This document shows, in pieces, positions 60,866-64,000 of a stretch of DNA of 64,000 nt. Source of the DNA: Nemertoderma westbladi (lineage: Eukaryota > Animalia > Xenacoelomorpha); NCBI GenBank assembly GCA_032718475.1, contig JAUCBJ010007407.1:17060-81059 (forward strand), in the 5' to 3' direction. The stretch's first letter is position 1, and each line of letters opens with the position of its first letter. Position numbers and translations under genes: made by a program. The notes under the pieces are model-generated. The model worked only from the letters and a program-made list of their open reading frames with translations. It was not told the origin of the DNA and did no database searches.

Positions 60866-62453
60866 CCCTATTAGTACCGGGCTATAAAATGTTGTACAAA
60901 TACCGGGGGGGGGGGGGGGGGGGGGTCATATTGACCCCCCCCCCCCCCCCTCTAAAATCTACAAATATTTACGAAAACGTCTGATTTTTTGTTTGTACGT
61001 AGGTATCACTTGCCTGGATCCGACCGAAAAAAAAAATTTTCGAAAAAATGAACTGGAGTGGTTATATTGCAGCACCAAAATTACAAGTAGTGCACAATTT
61101 TCACAAAATTTGAAAGTTACATTTTCGGCTAATTATTTTTTTCAATACAGGTTTTCTGGGGTGCAAAATACATTGGAAAATATTTAAAAATGATATGATT
61201 ACAATAAATGGCTGTTTAGACCTCTCTGCGTAGGAAAAAAATGAAAAAAACAAGTAACCAGCACTTTTCAGTTAGAACACAAAATTTTTAATTCACTTAT
61301 ACGATGCTATAAATTCACATTTTCAGGTTTTCGAGGGTCCTGATTCTAATGGAATACATTTCTAATATGCCAGATCATTGCTACTTGTATTTTTCGGCGG
61401 AATTTGGCAAATTTTGGTGCTAGCACCAAATTTCGTACCCATCACCAAAAAGTACAAGTTTGCGATGTCCAGTGCTGTTTTTATTGATTCCATCGGATTC
61501 AGGACCCTCATAAACCCGTATAACGCAAGAAACAAGGTGATACTATCTATTGATCAATTTGCGTATTTTCCAAAATTTGGTGCTGGCACAACAATTTTCA
61601 CCCACCGGCGAAAAATACAAGTTTGAGAACTCTTATGAAATTTTTACTGATTCCATTGAATTCAGAACCATCACAAACCCGTATAACGCAAGAAACAAGG
61701 TGACACAATCAATTGATATATTTGATGGTTTTCAAAATTTGGTGCTAGCACCACATTTTGCACCCACATTCGAAAAATACAAGTTTGAGATGTCTAGTTC
61801 GATAATTATATATTCCATTGAATTCAGAACAGCCATAAACCTCTAAAACGCAAGAAATAAATTGTCACAAGCAATTTTATCTATTGAATGGATTTTCAAA
61901 ATTTCGTGCTAGCACCAAAATTTGCACACAGCACCGAAAAATACAAGTTTGATACGCTTGGTGCAACTCGTATATATTTCATCGAATCCAGAACCCCAAA
62001 AAACCCCAATTGCATAAAAAACAAGTTTCAAACAATCAATTTACAAAATTGACATATTTCAAAATTTGGTGCAGGCACCAAAATTTGGCACCCACCGAAA
62101 AAAACAAGTTTGTTGAAATTTCTAAATCAATTTATATGAATTCCATCCAATTTCTAACACCAAAAAACCGGTGTAAATTAAAAATAGAGATGTTACAATT
62201 CATATTTAATGAAATGTAATTTTCAAAAAACGTCTCAAAAAAAGTGCCAAAAGTAGGGTTAAAAAATGGTGCTATAACTCGAAAAGTACCCAATATTTTT
62301 GAAAACGGTTTTCACTACTAGGAAGACAATAGATTTTTAGGAAAAGTCATAAAATTTTAAATTCCCAACTGCGTTTGTTTCAAAAGTATAATAAAAAAAC
62401 CACGGGGGGGGGGGGGTCATATTGACCCCCCCCCCCCCCCGGGTTTAATAGGG
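60866..62453. mobile_element. piggyBac-type non-autonomous element inside the LINE, with internal ~160-180-bp tandem repeats
   Basis: TTAA flanks (60862-60865 and 62454-62457), TIR CCCTATTA, subterminal GnTCATATTGACn hairpins, repeats at ~61405-62150. Confidence 0.92.
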
Positions 62454-62745
62454 TTAACTACATCATTCCATCCTGGTACATGGCTATGGTGGTTGCCTTG
62501 GTTATCGCTACTAGTATGTTTAATATACGTCTTACTAGAATCAGCTAAAATTGTCACCAAAGTTGAATACAACTTGTCAATATCTGAATTATGTGAAAAA
62601 GAAATATTATGTTCATTAAGTAAAAAACTACCAATAGCTTCATTTACATAATTAGAATATTCATGGACCTTACTGGATTGATGTTCCCAGTCAAAATTAA
62701 CCGGACCTTACTGGATTGATGTTCCCAGTCAAAATTAACCGGAGG

Positions 62746-63243
62746 TTAGGTATTAGTTACATCATCAATATTGCTGTCCATAAATAATGGCGCAATCGTC
62801 GAAGCAATGCCAATATGCAGTGGCATATGATCCGATACAGTTGCGTCATATATAACCTTTATAGAGTCAATTAAACAGTGATCAAGCCACGAGGTCGATC
62901 CGTGTGCGTCATTCACGTATGTAAAAGTATCAATAGGCAACGTACACACATCACTAATAGTTAAATTTAAAGTTAAACACCAGCGAGATAACTCGGTATA
63001 TATTTCTCGAGTAGGGTCAGCATTAAAATCGCCAACTAGACAACATTGAGAATATTTTTCAGTTTGGATAATATTGGTTATCTTACCTAAACAATAAGTA
63101 ATGTAATGGAATGGAAGTAATGTTTCCTGAAGAAGTAAAATATCGCAACTATTACACAGCTCCTTTACTACGGACTGTGACTCCGCAGTGCAAACAGAAT
63201 TGCAATTATAACTTTTCAAATTAATAATATTGTTGTTAGCCAT
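62746..63243 (-). pseudogene. LINE ORF2 apurinic-type endonuclease domain (internally deleted; 38-bp tandem duplication at 62665-62740 just downstream)
   Basis: AP-endonuclease motifs LQET, GDFNA, LDH, SDH. Confidence 0.85.
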
Positions 63244-64000
63244 TTTATTGTTATCCGTATAAAAATATAATTAATTAGGCTATAAATACTAGGGTGTCTA
63301 TTTACAATATAAATATATATATTATTTAATATCAACACAATATTCAATAAAACAATACATTGGGTATTACAATAAAATAAATTAAAATTAAAACAATTAT
63401 TATACCAGCAATAATTATTCAGACAAACTGACCGTGTCCGACGTTAGAACTGGTACCGGGCTGGATGGAAGAGTTGATGACTTCGAAGCAGGAGGGGACT
63501 GCCACCCGTTATTGTTTATTATACGTTTAGACGGAGACTCAGCAGTGATATTGCCTGATTCTAGACGCTTCTTAGGAGGGAAGTACAAGTTTATCATGGA
63601 GTTAACTGGCCAGGTGTTAGGATCCAATAGAGTATCGCGGTCGCCTGCCTTACAGGTGATGATGAATGATGATTAACCCTTGCGTGATGTCGGTGCCTTT
63701 TCACATTCAATATCCACGCTGAGTGATTCTTTAATGAAGTTAACAATAGTATCGGGTTCAACTCCGGATCCGCAACCAACTAGATATAATTTCCTTACTG
63801 GTTGCACCGTAGGGAACGCCGAAGATTGAGCTGATCCTCTAGTAAACTGTCGACGAGACGGACGCTTAATACAATTTGAGTTTTCGATAATCGCACTCCC
63901 ACGCCGAACCGTACCATCAGATACCTCCCAACCATCGCGCGGAGGTTTAGATCGTTTTGCTGGCCGATGCCTACCATCGGTACCAACAAGATGAAAGGCT

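Larger units (their letters stand above)
58951..64000 (-). mobile_element. RTEX/L2-like LINE (ORF1 remnant and disrupted EN-RT ORF2)
   Basis: The endonuclease starts at 63243 (SYNC, LQET, GDFNA, WLDH, SDH). RT is at 59083-60306. The ORF1 end LDPNTWP lies at ~63415-63660. There is an (AATA)n-like 3' tail at ~58951-58975. Confidence 0.88.

Overview
AT-rich eukaryotic (most likely invertebrate animal) DNA made almost entirely of nested transposable elements; I found no host gene. It holds four BEL/Pao LTR retrotransposons. A (+) has pol at 1348-5393 and a 3' LTR at 8461-9626. B (-) is a gag fragment that A inserted into. C (-) is full length at 13365-29823 with TTAAC TSD. D (-) is internally deleted, at 42431-54451 with TGTGA TSD. 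There are also Gypsy and Copia fragments, RTE and RTEX-like LINEs, piggyBac-type MITEs, a foldback-like inverted satellite and HINE/pearl-like repeats. Main finding: both complete BEL elements lack a tRNA-type (TGG) primer-binding site. Instead, the 11-12 nt flush against the 5' LTR are the exact reverse complement of a segment inside their own LTR, with different sequences in the two families. This is the architecture of Tf1-type self-primed reverse transcription. These elements also share a 3' accessory ORF (CCHC zinc knuckles, an unknown domain, a basic tail), which in A and D is preceded by a covarying RNA structure. C additionally has TAT...ATA termini, a Pol III tRNA-like unit in its LTR and a hairpin motif dispersed nine times. 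Coordinates and counts were read by eye, and novelty claims need literature and database checks.
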